From an uncultured Bacteroidales bacterium (GTDB lineage: Bacteria > Bacteroidota > Bacteroidia > Bacteroidales > Paludibacteraceae), in the NCBI GenBank assembly GCA_900319005.1, contig ONMV01000016.1, forward strand, positions 13,353 to 77,352: 64,000 nucleotides of DNA. Direction: 5' to 3'. The stretch's first letter is position 1; the number at the start of each line of letters is the position of its first letter. The notes beneath the pieces were generated by a model. The model did not search any database. It was not told the origin of the DNA and was given only the letters and a program-made list of their open reading frames with translations. The translations under genes and the position numbers were made by a program. Of the stretch, positions 35,671 to 44,464 are shown one piece after another.

Positions 35671-36009
35671 TTTCTGAGGTCCTGAGAAAACCTAAAGTCT
35701 CGAATAAGCAATGCAGAAACCCACGCTGTGTATATGCGTACACACGCGCATACCTATATATTAAGGTACACGCGGGTGCATAATACACCCCATGAGCATC
35801 TACTACTGCCTTGTTTTCGAAGACTTTTTATTGAAATTTCTCAGGTTCCAGAAAGTCAAAAACAAGCGTTAGTAAACGCCTTAAAATATGTCTGCAATCC
35901 CATCCTCACGTATCAACGCAGACACCCAAGCGTGGGACTGCCTTGCAAAATGCGCTCATGAACACTCACTTGGTTCATGTCGGGTACACCCAAAGCACCT
36001 TTGCGAGTG

Positions 36010-36041
36010 CAAAGGTACAAAAAATTTTTGACGTGAACAAA
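36010..36041 (-). promoter_or_regulatory. orphan Bacteroidetes sigma-A promoter (TTTG-N20-TACCTTTG) with no adjacent ORF
   Basis: Minus strand reads TTTG ttcacgtcaaaaattttttg TACCTTTG. The -7 box is half of the palindrome acctttgc-gagt-gcaaaggt. Confidence 0.65.
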
Positions 36042-36194
36042 TTTTAAAGAAAGAAAGTGCAGATAAAATGAAAATTGAAAGGAAAATTACCCAAAACTCA
36101 TACTTTGATCGTTGCGAGGTGAGATTTTGACCTATAAAAATTTGCACTGGCAAACTTGACAATCATGGTAAAGTTCCTTTAAGTGTTAACAAAA

Positions 36195-36256
36195 TTAGGA
36201 AAATGTCAACTAACTTAGGAAAATAATCAAAAAACCGTCTACTAATTTTAGGAAAA
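36195..36256. promoter_or_regulatory. three TTAGGAAAA boxes (possible regulator binding sites)
   Basis: ttaggaaaa at 36195, 36215 and 36248. Related tt(t)tccttaaaagtt boxes sit at 33651 and 33681 upstream of the ATPase-2 promoter, in the same orientation relative to their promoter. Confidence 0.35.
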
Positions 36257-36290
36257 GTCATAATGTATTTGCTCCATAATTATTGTTGTA

Positions 36291-36330
36291 CACAAGAAAA
36301 GCGGTAAATCCGTTTTGGTGGATTTACCGC
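36291..36330 (-). terminator. rho-independent terminator of the mnmE..dgt operon
   Basis: gcggtaaatcc-(8-nt loop)-ggatttaccgc, followed on the minus strand by ttttctt. Lies 33 nt after the dgt stop. Confidence 0.75.
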
Positions 36331-36362
36331 TTTATTCTAAATAGGCTGCGTACAAGAAACTA

Positions 36363-37706
36363 TTACAGTGCTAAGAGGCGGCGATACGTTTCAAGGGCGT
36401 AACGGTCGGTCATGCCGGAAAGCCAATCGATGAGGAGACGCAGAAGATTGTATGTACTGAGGTCAGAGAGCTCGGTCAAAGGAGCAAGGTCGGGGGTTGC
36501 CGATAAGTGCTTTTGGTATTCCTCTGCCAACACAAGACGCGTCATACTGGGCGAGATGATGGCATTCAATCGCCAATCGGGATTCGGTTCCATGAGCATA
36601 GGCAGTACACGATCCAGAATAGCGTTCATCACCTGCGCGCCTTTGAGCTCTGCTTGAGCAATCATGTTATGACGGAAGATACGCTCAAACTCCAACTTGC
36701 CGAGTTGGGCGCATAGCTCATTGCCGTCCAGCAGTTCCTCATCAAAGGTACCCATATCAATACCTTCCAGATTCGCCATAAAACGCTGCAAAGCATACCT
36801 CGTCAGTTCGCCGATGATAGCCACACGGAGATTGACCAAAGCTCGTTCGGGTGTGTCTTGAGAGGGTGTTAGACCTAAGAAACGCAAGGCTTCGTCCAAA
36901 CTCAACATGCCGCTCTGAATACCGTCCTCAAGATCCATGGAGCGATAACAGATCGTGTCTGCCGCTTCCACCAAAAAAGCTAATGGATGACGTTTGATCG
37001 TTCCGTCCGCACGACGCAGCCGACAAGCGTCCGCCACACGTCCAAGGACATCCGCTTCGGACGAGAAGACACCATGTTTATGAACCGACGCTCCACCTTT
37101 TTTGTTCTTACTGCCGCTGTTCGGATACTTGAGCGAAGCCGCCAAGACAGCGTACGTCAGATTGAGTCCGTTGAGATCATTGAGGTAAGGCATTCTCGTC
37201 AGAATACGAAATCCCTGCGCGTTACCATCGAACTGCGTGAAGTCGAACTGTTGCTCCTCAGTCAAGTCGGAGAGGTAGTTTTTGCCGTTTCCATCGGAGA
37301 AATAATTGCCGATGATCTGTTCGCCGAAATGTCCAAACGGCGGATTACCTATATCATGCACAAAAGCGGCTGTACGAAGGATAGCCGGTAGTTGCTGCTC
37401 CAAGAGATGAGCGACCTGTTCGCCATACGTGCGCACTACTTCTTCGTCCCGACAGAAATCCGTTCCGAGCGATTGAGCCACCGACAATACTTCCATCGAA
37501 TGCGTCAAACGTGTATGAACACTATCTCCTCCGGAGAGCGGAAAGACCTGCGTCTTGTCGTGCATACGGCGTGCCGCAGAAGAAAAGATCACACGACCGA
37601 AATCGCTGTCAAAGGCAGAGCGATGATCCAAACCTTTAGGGATTGCACGCGACTGACGCTCACGGTCAGCACAAAGGTAAATACTCCAATCTACTTGATT
37701 ATACAT
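36363..37706 (-). CDS. dgt: dGTP triphosphohydrolase-like HD-domain protein
   Basis: FDSDFGRVIFS.A.RR...KTQVF, HTRLTHS.EV and HDIGNPPFGH motifs. 447 aa. Confidence 0.88.
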   Translation of the reverse strand: MYNQVDWSIYLCADRERQSRAIPKGLDHRSAFDSDFGRVIFSSAARRMHDKTQVFPLSGGDSVHTRLTHSMEVLSVAQSLGTDFCRDEEVVRTYGEQVAHLLEQQLPAILRTAAFVHDIGNPPFGHFGEQIIGNYFSDGNGKNYLSDLTEEQQFDFTQFDGNAQGFRILTRMPYLNDLNGLNLTYAVLAASLKYPNSGSKNKKGGASVHKHGVFSSEADVLGRVADACRLRRADGTIKRHPLAFLVEAADTICYRSMDLEDGIQSGMLSLDEALRFLGLTPSQDTPERALVNLRVAIIGELTRYALQRFMANLEGIDMGTFDEELLDGNELCAQLGKLEFERIFRHNMIAQAELKGAQVMNAILDRVLPMLMEPNPDWRLNAIISPSMTRLVLAEEYQKHLSATPDLAPLTELSDLSTYNLLRLLIDWLSGMTDRYALETYRRLLAL

Positions 37707-38241
37707 AGGCTTTTGCTTGTTGGTTTCGGATTTGGGTGGATGAGATGTTGAATAATGGAGCTCCGCTAAGATAGCGGATCTCCTTGACCGCTACGCTGTC
37801 AGACCACTGCGTTGTTAGACCGTCCTGCGGGCTGTCAGAACGCCGCGGATAAACGAAAATACGGAAGTTGGCGAGGATGAACTCATACTCGCGCCAACGA
37901 TCGAAGATAGCGATATTATCTTCTCCTATAATGAGGGTAAACTCGGTATCTGGATACGCTTTCTGCAACTCGCGCAAGGTATTCGCCGTATAAGACGGAC
38001 GAGGCAAAGAGAACTCAAAATCCGAGGCTTTGACATGCGGGATGTCTTTGACAGCTTTGCTCACAGCCGCCAGACGCTCGCCTTCCGGAGCAAGAAGATT
38101 TGCCGGTTTCAACGGGTTATTCGGGCTCACCATAAGCCATAGTTCATCGAGATCTGTGTTCTCAATGACCCATTTGGCTAATCCCACATGTCCGAAATGC
38201 ACCGGATTGAAACTGCCGCCATATATGCCGATGCTACGCAT
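37699..38241 (-). CDS. nadD: nicotinate-nucleotide adenylyltransferase NadD
   Basis: GIYGGSFNPVHFGH (HxGH) and ISSTQIR motifs. The dgt start overlaps this gene's stop by 8 nt. Confidence 0.88.
   Translation of the reverse strand: MRSIGIYGGSFNPVHFGHVGLAKWVIENTDLDELWLMVSPNNPLKPANLLAPEGERLAAVSKAVKDIPHVKASDFEFSLPRPSYTANTLRELQKAYPDTEFTLIIGEDNIAIFDRWREYEFILANFRIFVYPRRSDSPQDGLTTQWSDSVAVKEIRYLSGAPLFNISSTQIRNQQAKAYV
37795..37848. repeat. CTGTCAGAC/TAGACCGTCCT-type repeat, in-frame inside nadD
   Basis: gctgtcagaccactgcgttgttagaccgtcctgcgggctgtcagaacgccgcgg. It shares tagaccgtcct plus a 21/26 match with the rluA-family insert. Confidence 0.75.
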
Positions 38242-38283
38242 CGTCGTTAAAATGTTTTAAATAAAAACGTTAAAATGTAAACG

Positions 38284-38835
38284 TTAGTTTTCATCGATGA
38301 TAGCATCGAGTTGTTCGAAAGCGTGCGTGAGGTCGTCATTGATGACCACACGGTCAAAATAGGGCTTGTAGGAGAGTTCCTCTTCCGCTTTAGCCAAACG
38401 CTTCTCTATCATCTCCGGACTCGTGTCTCCGCGTCCTTCGAGACGTCGGCGTAACTCTTCTATAGACGGCGGACAGATGAAGATAGAGGTAGCTTTGTCA
38501 CCAAGGATCTTCTTGAGATTCAAACCGCCTTTGACATCGACATCAAAAAGCACCTCGCGTCCCAAGGCTTCAATACGGTCAATCTCCTCTTTCAACGTAC
38601 CATAATATAAGCCGTCATAGACCTGCTGATACTCGATGAAATCGCCATTTTCTATACGTTTCTGGAATTCCTCGACGGAGATGAAATAATACTCCTTGCC
38701 ATGAACCTCCTGACCACGTGGAGGTCGCGTAGTACAGGAAACCGAGAGTTCAAACAGATCCGGGTGCATCGTCAACAGATGCTTCACCATGGTCGATTTA
38801 CCGCTGCCCGAAGGTGCACAAAAAATGTATATCAT
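38284..38835 (-). CDS. gmk: guanylate kinase
   Basis: P-loop APSGSGKST, TTRPPR.GE..G..Y.F. Confidence 0.9.
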   Translation of the reverse strand: MIYIFCAPSGSGKSTMVKHLLTMHPDLFELSVSCTTRPPRGQEVHGKEYYFISVEEFQKRIENGDFIEYQQVYDGLYYGTLKEEIDRIEALGREVLFDVDVKGGLNLKKILGDKATSIFICPPSIEELRRRLEGRGDTSPEMIEKRLAKAEEELSYKPYFDRVVINDDLTHAFEQLDAIIDEN

Positions 38836-38855
38836 TTTTAATTCTTAATTTTTAA

Positions 38856-39755
38856 TTAGAGCACATTAAGGACCTGCTCCTTAATTTGCTCAAGGATATC
38901 TTTCATCTTAACGACGATGATCTGCATCTCGCTTTGGTTGGATTTGGAACCGAGGGTGTTGATCTCGCGTCCCATTTCTTGCGCGATGAAACCGAGCTTT
39001 TTGCCCACACCGCTACCCTCGCCTGCCATCGTCTCGCGAAAATACTTAATATGGTTTGTCAGACGCACTTTCTCTTCGGTGATATCCAGTTTCTCCAAGT
39101 AATAGATCATCTCCTGCTCCAGACGGTTGCGGTCAATCTCCGCTTGTGTCTGGGCACTCAGTTGTGTAAGGTTGGCTTCCAAACGCTCTTTGATCTTGGC
39201 TACTCTGCCCTTCTCAAACGGCTCCACTTGTGCTAACAAATCAGCGATTCCATCGAGTTTTTCGGTGAACATGTTTTGCAGCGACAGACCTTCTTGCGAA
39301 CGGAAAGCGACGAAAGCATCGATTGCCTTGTTAAGCATCGCTTGCACGTTGCTCCACTCTTCGTCGGTCAGATCCGAAGTGTCTTCCTGCACTTTCAGCA
39401 CATCCGGGAACCGAAGAATAGCCGCCATCACTTCTGCCGGCACTTCCGCAACGCCCATTTGAGCCTTGTATTGCGAGGCGTACTCTTTGGCTGCCTGCCA
39501 GTTAACGGGAGTAACACTACTCTGTCCCTCTCCTTGCGAAAGGGTGTTTTCCTCTGAAATAGCGAGATCGACCTTACCGCGTTCGAGACGCTGGGTAATG
39601 ATCGTTCGGATGTCTAACTCATGCGCACGGAGCTGCGACACCAAACGAACCGACAGATCCATCGATTTGGAGTTCAGCGAACGGATTTCGCAGATCAGTT
39701 TCTTCCCTCGGAAAGTTGTTTCGGCCTTTCCGTAGCCGGTCATGGATAATATCAT
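38856..39755 (-). CDS. yicC: YicC-family stress-induced protein
   Basis: MILSMTGYG start, SLNSK, and C-terminal EIKEQVQN-like end (ILEQIKEQVLNV). Start taken at 39755 rather than 39767. Confidence 0.85.
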   Translation of the reverse strand: MILSMTGYGKAETTFRGKKLICEIRSLNSKSMDLSVRLVSQLRAHELDIRTIITQRLERGKVDLAISEENTLSQGEGQSSVTPVNWQAAKEYASQYKAQMGVAEVPAEVMAAILRFPDVLKVQEDTSDLTDEEWSNVQAMLNKAIDAFVAFRSQEGLSLQNMFTEKLDGIADLLAQVEPFEKGRVAKIKERLEANLTQLSAQTQAEIDRNRLEQEMIYYLEKLDITEEKVRLTNHIKYFRETMAGEGSGVGKKLGFIAQEMGREINTLGSKSNQSEMQIIVVKMKDILEQIKEQVLNVL

Positions 39756-39790
39756 ATTATTTACCATTTAATCATTTACCATTTGTTCAT

Positions 39791-41125
39791 TTATTTGCCT
39801 ATACAGAATTTGCTGAAGATGTTGGAGAGGACTTCTTGGTTAGTGATCTGTCCTGTTACTTCGCCGAGTGCTGAAAGACAGTCTTGCAGATCGAGCGAGA
39901 GTAGTTCGCCGGAGAGACCGTCATGCAAACCATGCTGCACACGGAGGATCGCTTCGTGTGCGCGGCTGATTGCCTCATAATGGCGCGCATTGGAAAGCAT
40001 GACCGCAGAAGTACACATCATCTCCTTGGCCATTCTCACCAACTCACGTTTGAGCGGCTCTATCTCGCCGTTCTTGGCAGAAATGAGAATCCATTCATCC
40101 TCTAATCCTCTCATCCTCTCACCCATTAACAAATCCGCCTTATTGAGCACTCTAATAATCGTCCCTTTGGTCCAATCGTCCATCAATCGTACCTCATCAA
40201 TCGTCAAATCGTCAATTACATAGATGACGATCTGCGCATTCTCCATTGCTTTTCTACTACGTTCCACTCCCATTTGCTCGATGACATCGGAGGTTTCTCT
40301 CATTCCCGCGGTGTCAATAAGACGGAAAAGGATGCCATCTATGATAAGTGTATCTTCGATAGTATCGCGTGTGGTTCCTTGTATATCACTCACGATCGCG
40401 CGTTGCTCGCCTAAGAGCGCGTTGAGAAGGGTTGATTTGCCCACATTAGGCGCGCCCACGATTGCTACCGGAATACCATTTCGAATAGCATTGCCTGTTC
40501 GGAACGAAGAGATGAGCGACTGTAACTTTTGCTCGATTTCATCGGCTAATTGGGATAACTCCGAACGATCGGCAAACTCCAGTTCCTCATGGTCCGCAAA
40601 ATCCAACTCCAACTCCACCAACGAGGTGAAATGCAGCAATCGCTCACGAAGAGACGCCAGCTCGTTCGAAACCGAACCACGTAACTGACTCAACGCCAAG
40701 TCTTTCTCTGCCTTGCTCTGTGAGGCAATGAGATCCGCTACAGCTTCGGCTTGCGTCAGATCCATCTTTCCATTAAGGAACGCGCGCTGCGTGAACTCAC
40801 CCGGTCGCGCCATACGAGCACCGGCATCTATCAACCATTGCAGCAAGGTCTGCTGAATATAGAGACTGCCGTGACACGCTATCTCCACGGTGTCTTCGCC
40901 CGTAAACGAATGCGGCGCACGGAAAATAGAACACAAAACGTCATCCAATAACTCACCGTTTCGCTCTATCCGCCCATGCCGAATCGTATTCGCCGGACTT
41001 TCAGCCAACGAAACTCGCCCCGTAAAGAGCGTATCCACAATCGCAATCGCACGCTCTCCGGAAACACGTATGACAGCTATTCCGCCAACTCCATACGCAG
41101 TTGATATAGCACAAATAGTTTGCAT
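39791..41125 (-). CDS. mnmE: tRNA modification GTPase MnmE
   Basis: MQTICAISTAYGVGGIAVIRVSG N-terminus, G1 GAPNVGKSTLLN, and C-terminal FCIGK. Start at 41125 rather than the upstream ATG at 41164. Confidence 0.9.
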   Translation of the reverse strand: MQTICAISTAYGVGGIAVIRVSGERAIAIVDTLFTGRVSLAESPANTIRHGRIERNGELLDDVLCSIFRAPHSFTGEDTVEIACHGSLYIQQTLLQWLIDAGARMARPGEFTQRAFLNGKMDLTQAEAVADLIASQSKAEKDLALSQLRGSVSNELASLRERLLHFTSLVELELDFADHEELEFADRSELSQLADEIEQKLQSLISSFRTGNAIRNGIPVAIVGAPNVGKSTLLNALLGEQRAIVSDIQGTTRDTIEDTLIIDGILFRLIDTAGMRETSDVIEQMGVERSRKAMENAQIVIYVIDDLTIDEVRLMDDWTKGTIIRVLNKADLLMGERMRGLEDEWILISAKNGEIEPLKRELVRMAKEMMCTSAVMLSNARHYEAISRAHEAILRVQHGLHDGLSGELLSLDLQDCLSALGEVTGQITNQEVLSNIFSKFCIGK

Positions 41126-41133
41126 TTTGAGTG

Positions 41134-41165
41134 CAAAGATACTGCTTTTTTCCCATATATGCAAA
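41134..41165 (-). promoter_or_regulatory. Bacteroidetes sigma-A promoter for mnmE (TTTG-N20-TATCTTTG)
   Basis: Minus strand reads TTTG catatatgggaaaaaagcag TATCTTTG. The -7 box ends 8 nt before the ATG, so the mRNA looks near-leaderless. Confidence 0.7.
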
Positions 41166-41201
41166 AAAATGAGGGGTAAAATGCATTTTTTTGCTAAAAA
41201 A

Positions 41202-41233
41202 TTTGGTCATATCAAAAAAAAGCAGTACCTTTG
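41202..41233 (+). promoter_or_regulatory. Bacteroidetes sigma-A promoter for tRNA-Glu (TTTG-N20-TACCTTTG)
   Basis: TTTG gtcatatcaaaaaaaagcag TACCTTTG. The tRNA begins about 31 nt downstream. Confidence 0.7.
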
Positions 41234-41264
41234 CACCCGCTTTCGAATGAGAAGCAGAATATAG

Positions 41265-41337
41265 GGTGCTATCGTCTAGTGGCCTAGGACAACGGCCTCT
41301 CACGCCGTAAACCCCGGTTCGAGTCCGGGTAGCACTA
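41265..41337 (+). tRNA. tRNA-Glu (anticodon CTC)
   Basis: Cloverleaf read by eye. Acceptor GGTGCTA/TAGCACT, D arm TCGTCTAGTGGCCTAGGAC, anticodon stem ACGGC/GCCGT with loop CTCTCAC, T arm CCCGG-TTCGAGT-CCGGG. Very similar to canonical bacterial tRNA-Glu. No encoded CCA. Confidence 0.85.
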
Positions 41338-41368
41338 CAAAAAAAGCCTGCAAATCGCAGGCTTTTTT
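41338..41368. terminator. bidirectional rho-independent terminator
   Basis: A-run, agcctgc-(5-nt loop)-gcaggct, then tttttt. Serves the tRNA and the convergent 41394 gene. Confidence 0.8.
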
Positions 41369-41393
41369 GCTACCTATACGGCTCGAATCTAAA

Positions 41394-42077
41394 TCAAATC
41401 CGCGGGCCGCGTTGCTTAGGCAAAACCGTTCCGGTTTCGGCATGCTCCACTAAATTTTCGAGAATAGTAGCGAAACGCCATTCGATAGCGTTCTGCCATG
41501 TCTTATCCGAGATAAACGAAGACAGCACTTTGCCGAATACCAGACCGAACTCATAGTGCACACGCGTTTGGTGCTCATTGATGGGTTCCATTCGGATAAT
41601 GAATGTGCCTCCTTCCAAGATAGAACCGGAATAAGTGGCAGTCATCTTGGCGGTAAGAGGAAACTTGGTTTTAGCCGGACGCGAGAGGATATACTTGGTT
41701 CCAAGATGCTGGTCTTTCCACCAACGTGCACCAAGGATATAGATATCTATCGCAACATCACCTGTCTTATTTGCCGGATCGTACATACGATCTTTATACC
41801 GAAGTTGAATAGCATCGCGACTCTCCTTGGTCTTTTTATTTGGTTCTTTCACCTCTTTCTTCGGCTCTGAGGGCGCTTCACTAAGTCCTATGTAAGCCCA
41901 CTCGAAGAGGGAATCGGGGCATGCCTGAAACTGATAGCAGAATTTATCTGCTGTCAGAAGCATGGATTGCCACGATGCATTGCAGATTGTATCAATAACC
42001 ACGCCGCGTGCTTGCGGACGCCAAGCAAACATATTGGCAGAGATTGCCAAAAAGAGCACTAAGAATTTGTATTTCAT
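41394..42077 (-). CDS. hypothetical secreted protein
   Basis: Signal peptide MKYKFLVLFLAISANMFA. Internal Lys/Glu/Pro-rich linker. No confident family assignment. Confidence 0.55.
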   Translation of the reverse strand: MKYKFLVLFLAISANMFAWRPQARGVVIDTICNASWQSMLLTADKFCYQFQACPDSLFEWAYIGLSEAPSEPKKEVKEPNKKTKESRDAIQLRYKDRMYDPANKTGDVAIDIYILGARWWKDQHLGTKYILSRPAKTKFPLTAKMTATYSGSILEGGTFIIRMEPINEHQTRVHYEFGLVFGKVLSSFISDKTWQNAIEWRFATILENLVEHAETGTVLPKQRGPRI

Positions 42078-42083
42078 GATAGA

Positions 42084-42389
42084 TTATTGTATGTAGTCTA
42101 AACAAGTACGAACCTCTGTATTGGGTCGCACAACGCCGTTTGCTACCGCCACATGAGCTGGATGGGTAGCATATATTTTAAGTGCTTCCGGCGATTCCAA
42201 GGTCGAATCCAACATGATATCGGCATTGCTGCTGTCAAGTTGTCCGGTAGCTTGCACGCGAATGTCAATCAAACCCGGAACTTGTCCTTTCAATCCCTCA
42301 AGTCCCTGCTTGATTGCAAGAGCTGCTGCTGCTTTTTGCTCGGCTGTCAAGTCCGAACGCAATTTCCAAAGAATAATGTGCTTAACCAT
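42084..42389 (-). CDS. Dabb-family stress-responsive alpha/beta-barrel protein
   Basis: MVKHIILWKL......E.K..A...IK..LEGLKG.VPGL..I.V is typical of Dabb domains. Start taken at the MVKH ATG. Confidence 0.7.
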   Translation of the reverse strand: MVKHIILWKLRSDLTAEQKAAAALAIKQGLEGLKGQVPGLIDIRVQATGQLDSSNADIMLDSTLESPEALKIYATHPAHVAVANGVVRPNTEVRTCLDYIQ

Positions 42390-42417
42390 AAAAATATCTC
42401 CTATCAACTATCAATTA

Positions 42418-43116
42418 TCAATTATCAATTATACATTTCCTTGCGGTATAGATGGTGGCGATTCCAAATGTCAGCGTTTCCCATTCCTCTTCTTTAAACC
42501 CGGCATCAATCAGATGTTGCGCAAATGTCTCTCCCCAACAGAAAGATTTGACGCTCTGATTAAGATATGTATAAGCGGTTTTATCGCGGCTCACCACCCG
42601 ACCGATCCAAGGCAACACGCGCGTAAAATAAATATCGTACAGCGCGCGCACAAGACGATTGGTAGGATAGGAAAACTCCAGAATCGTTATTTGTCCGCCG
42701 GGCTTAAGGACGCGGTACATCTCACGCAAACCCTCGTCAAGGTTCTGGAAATTGCGACATCCGAAAGCACATGTAACAGCATCAAAAGTATCATTTTCAA
42801 AGGGCATCGACTGCGCATTGGCATGAATAAACTCCACCTGCAGCCCTCTCTTCGCGCATTTAGCAGCCCCTATCTGCATCATCTGATCCGACAAATCAAT
42901 GCCGGTTACACGTTCTGCTTTCCCACGACGCAAAATCTCTATCGTCAGATCAGCTGTTCCGATTGCAACATCCAAAACATGCCGGGCAGGTTGCATAAGG
43001 CGAACCGTTTTCCCACGCCATAAACGGTCTATATTCATAGATAAACCATGGTTGAGACCGTCATACGTTCCGGCAATACGGTCAAATAAATGACCTATCT
43101 GTTCCTTCTGCTCCAT
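42418..43116 (-). CDS. ubiE: demethylmenaquinone / ubiquinone-type C-methyltransferase UbiE/MenG
   Basis: F..IA..YD..N...S......WR and SAM motif VLDVAIGTADL. 232 aa. Confidence 0.88.
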   Translation of the reverse strand: MEQKEQIGHLFDRIAGTYDGLNHGLSMNIDRLWRGKTVRLMQPARHVLDVAIGTADLTIEILRRGKAERVTGIDLSDQMMQIGAAKCAKRGLQVEFIHANAQSMPFENDTFDAVTCAFGCRNFQNLDEGLREMYRVLKPGGQITILEFSYPTNRLVRALYDIYFTRVLPWIGRVVSRDKTAYTYLNQSVKSFCWGETFAQHLIDAGFKEEEWETLTFGIATIYTARKCIIDN

Positions 43117-43126
43117 AAATCGGCTA

Positions 43127-43158
43127 CAAAGGTACTGCTAATTTTTGACATATGCAAA
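43127..43158 (-). promoter_or_regulatory. Bacteroidetes sigma-A promoter for ubiE (TTTG-N20-TACCTTTG)
   Basis: Minus strand reads TTTG catatgtcaaaaattagcag TACCTTTG. The -7 box ends 10 nt before the ATG. Confidence 0.7.
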
Positions 43159-43215
43159 TATTTGAGATTTTTTTCGTCTTGAATAGATATTTATGCCGTA
43201 TTTGTACTTAATGAA

Positions 43216-44433
43216 TTATTGCAGGCATTTATCCAACGCTGCTTTAAGGGCGGGTTGGTCGAGATGCTGACCGATAAAGACGAGTTTTTGCATTCTGTCT
43301 CCATATTGGTCATCCCAATCTTTGCGAAGTTGTGCATCATCCGCCATGAGCTGCATGAGTTCCTCTTTGGGCATGGTTGCAAACCACTCTCCGGCCTTGC
43401 GGAGGTTGAACTGCTTACCTGCCTGCTCGAAGAGATAACACATATCATATTCCTCGGCGAAATAACACATTCCCTTGCAGCGAAGTACATTTTTAGGCCA
43501 ATGAGCCGCCACAAACTCATCGAAGAGTCCGAGATCGAATGGTCTGCGCGCGTAATAAACATAGGTGTCAATACCAAACTCAGCAAGGTGATCGTGGTCT
43601 TCGTGCTCATGATCATGGTGATGATGGTGATGCTCATGCTCATGCTCATGCTCATCATCGTCATCCTCCTTTGTACTTTGTGCTTCCTCATGATGACGAG
43701 CATCTTCAACCTCTTGAATCCATCTGGCGGAAGTAGCCGTACGGTCGAAATCGAAGAGTTTCGTATTCAGCAGTTTATCGAGATCCACATCACAATAATT
43801 GGTCTCGATGATCTCAGCCGTCGGTTGGATGCCACGGATGATTGCTTTGATCCGGGCGAGTTCATCCGCACTCACTTCTGAAGCCTTATTAAGCAAGATC
43901 AGATTCGAGAACTCAATCTGCTCGATCACCAAGGCGGCAAGGTCTTCCTCTTTGGGGACATAGTGAGCCAGCGCATCGCCTTCATCAAACTCATCGCGAA
44001 GCCGCAGTGCATCTACAACTGAACAGATACAATCCAGCACAGGAAGCCCGTCCGTTGCGAACTGAGGAACCATCTGAGCGTACGAACAAAGCGTCTGGGC
44101 TATCGGAGCGGGTTCGCAGATACCGGAAGCCTCGATGACAATGTAATCAAAAGATTTCTGGGCGCATAAATCATGAAGTTGATTGATGAGATCAGTTTGC
44201 AATGTACAGCAGATACAGCCGTTCTGCAAAGCCACAAGGGAGTCATCTTTCTGGCTGACCACCCCGCCCTTCTGTATCAACGAAGCGTCGATATTCACCT
44301 CGCCTATATCGTTTACTATCACCGCAAAACGAATTCCCTTTGTATTCGTCAGAATGCGGTTAAGAAGTGTTGTCTTGCCACTTCCCAGATAACCGGTTAG
44401 CAGCAAGACTGGAATTTTTTGAATACTATTCAT
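43216..44433 (-). CDS. COG0523-family (CobW/ZigA/YeiR-like) metallochaperone GTPase with a His-rich insert
   Basis: P-loop GYLGSGKTTLLN, metal motif GCICCTL, His/Asp/Glu tract HEHEHEHHHHHHDHEHEDHDH, and a CobW_C-like C-terminus. Confidence 0.88.
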   Translation of the reverse strand: MNSIQKIPVLLLTGYLGSGKTTLLNRILTNTKGIRFAVIVNDIGEVNIDASLIQKGGVVSQKDDSLVALQNGCICCTLQTDLINQLHDLCAQKSFDYIVIEASGICEPAPIAQTLCSYAQMVPQFATDGLPVLDCICSVVDALRLRDEFDEGDALAHYVPKEEDLAALVIEQIEFSNLILLNKASEVSADELARIKAIIRGIQPTAEIIETNYCDVDLDKLLNTKLFDFDRTATSARWIQEVEDARHHEEAQSTKEDDDDEHEHEHEHHHHHHDHEHEDHDHLAEFGIDTYVYYARRPFDLGLFDEFVAAHWPKNVLRCKGMCYFAEEYDMCYLFEQAGKQFNLRKAGEWFATMPKEELMQLMADDAQLRKDWDDQYGDRMQKLVFIGQHLDQPALKAALDKCLQ

Positions 44434-44464
44434 AAATATTCATTATTAATTATTCATTATTCAT

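Noticed and set aside
36363-37706. dGTPase as an anti-phage dNTP-depletion defence gene
   Set aside because: Its start overlaps the nadD stop by 8 nt at the end of a housekeeping operon (mnmE-yicC-gmk-nadD-dgt). Its composition looks native. Nothing in the sequence distinguishes it from the housekeeping Dgt family.
42214-43881. ORFs 42214..43023 (+), 43191..43709 (-) and 43219..43881 (+), which overlap ubiE and the COG0523 gene
   Set aside because: They are alternative frames or strands of well-supported genes. The MSMSMSIT and HAHAHAHH stretches are only the His-tract microsatellite read in other frames.
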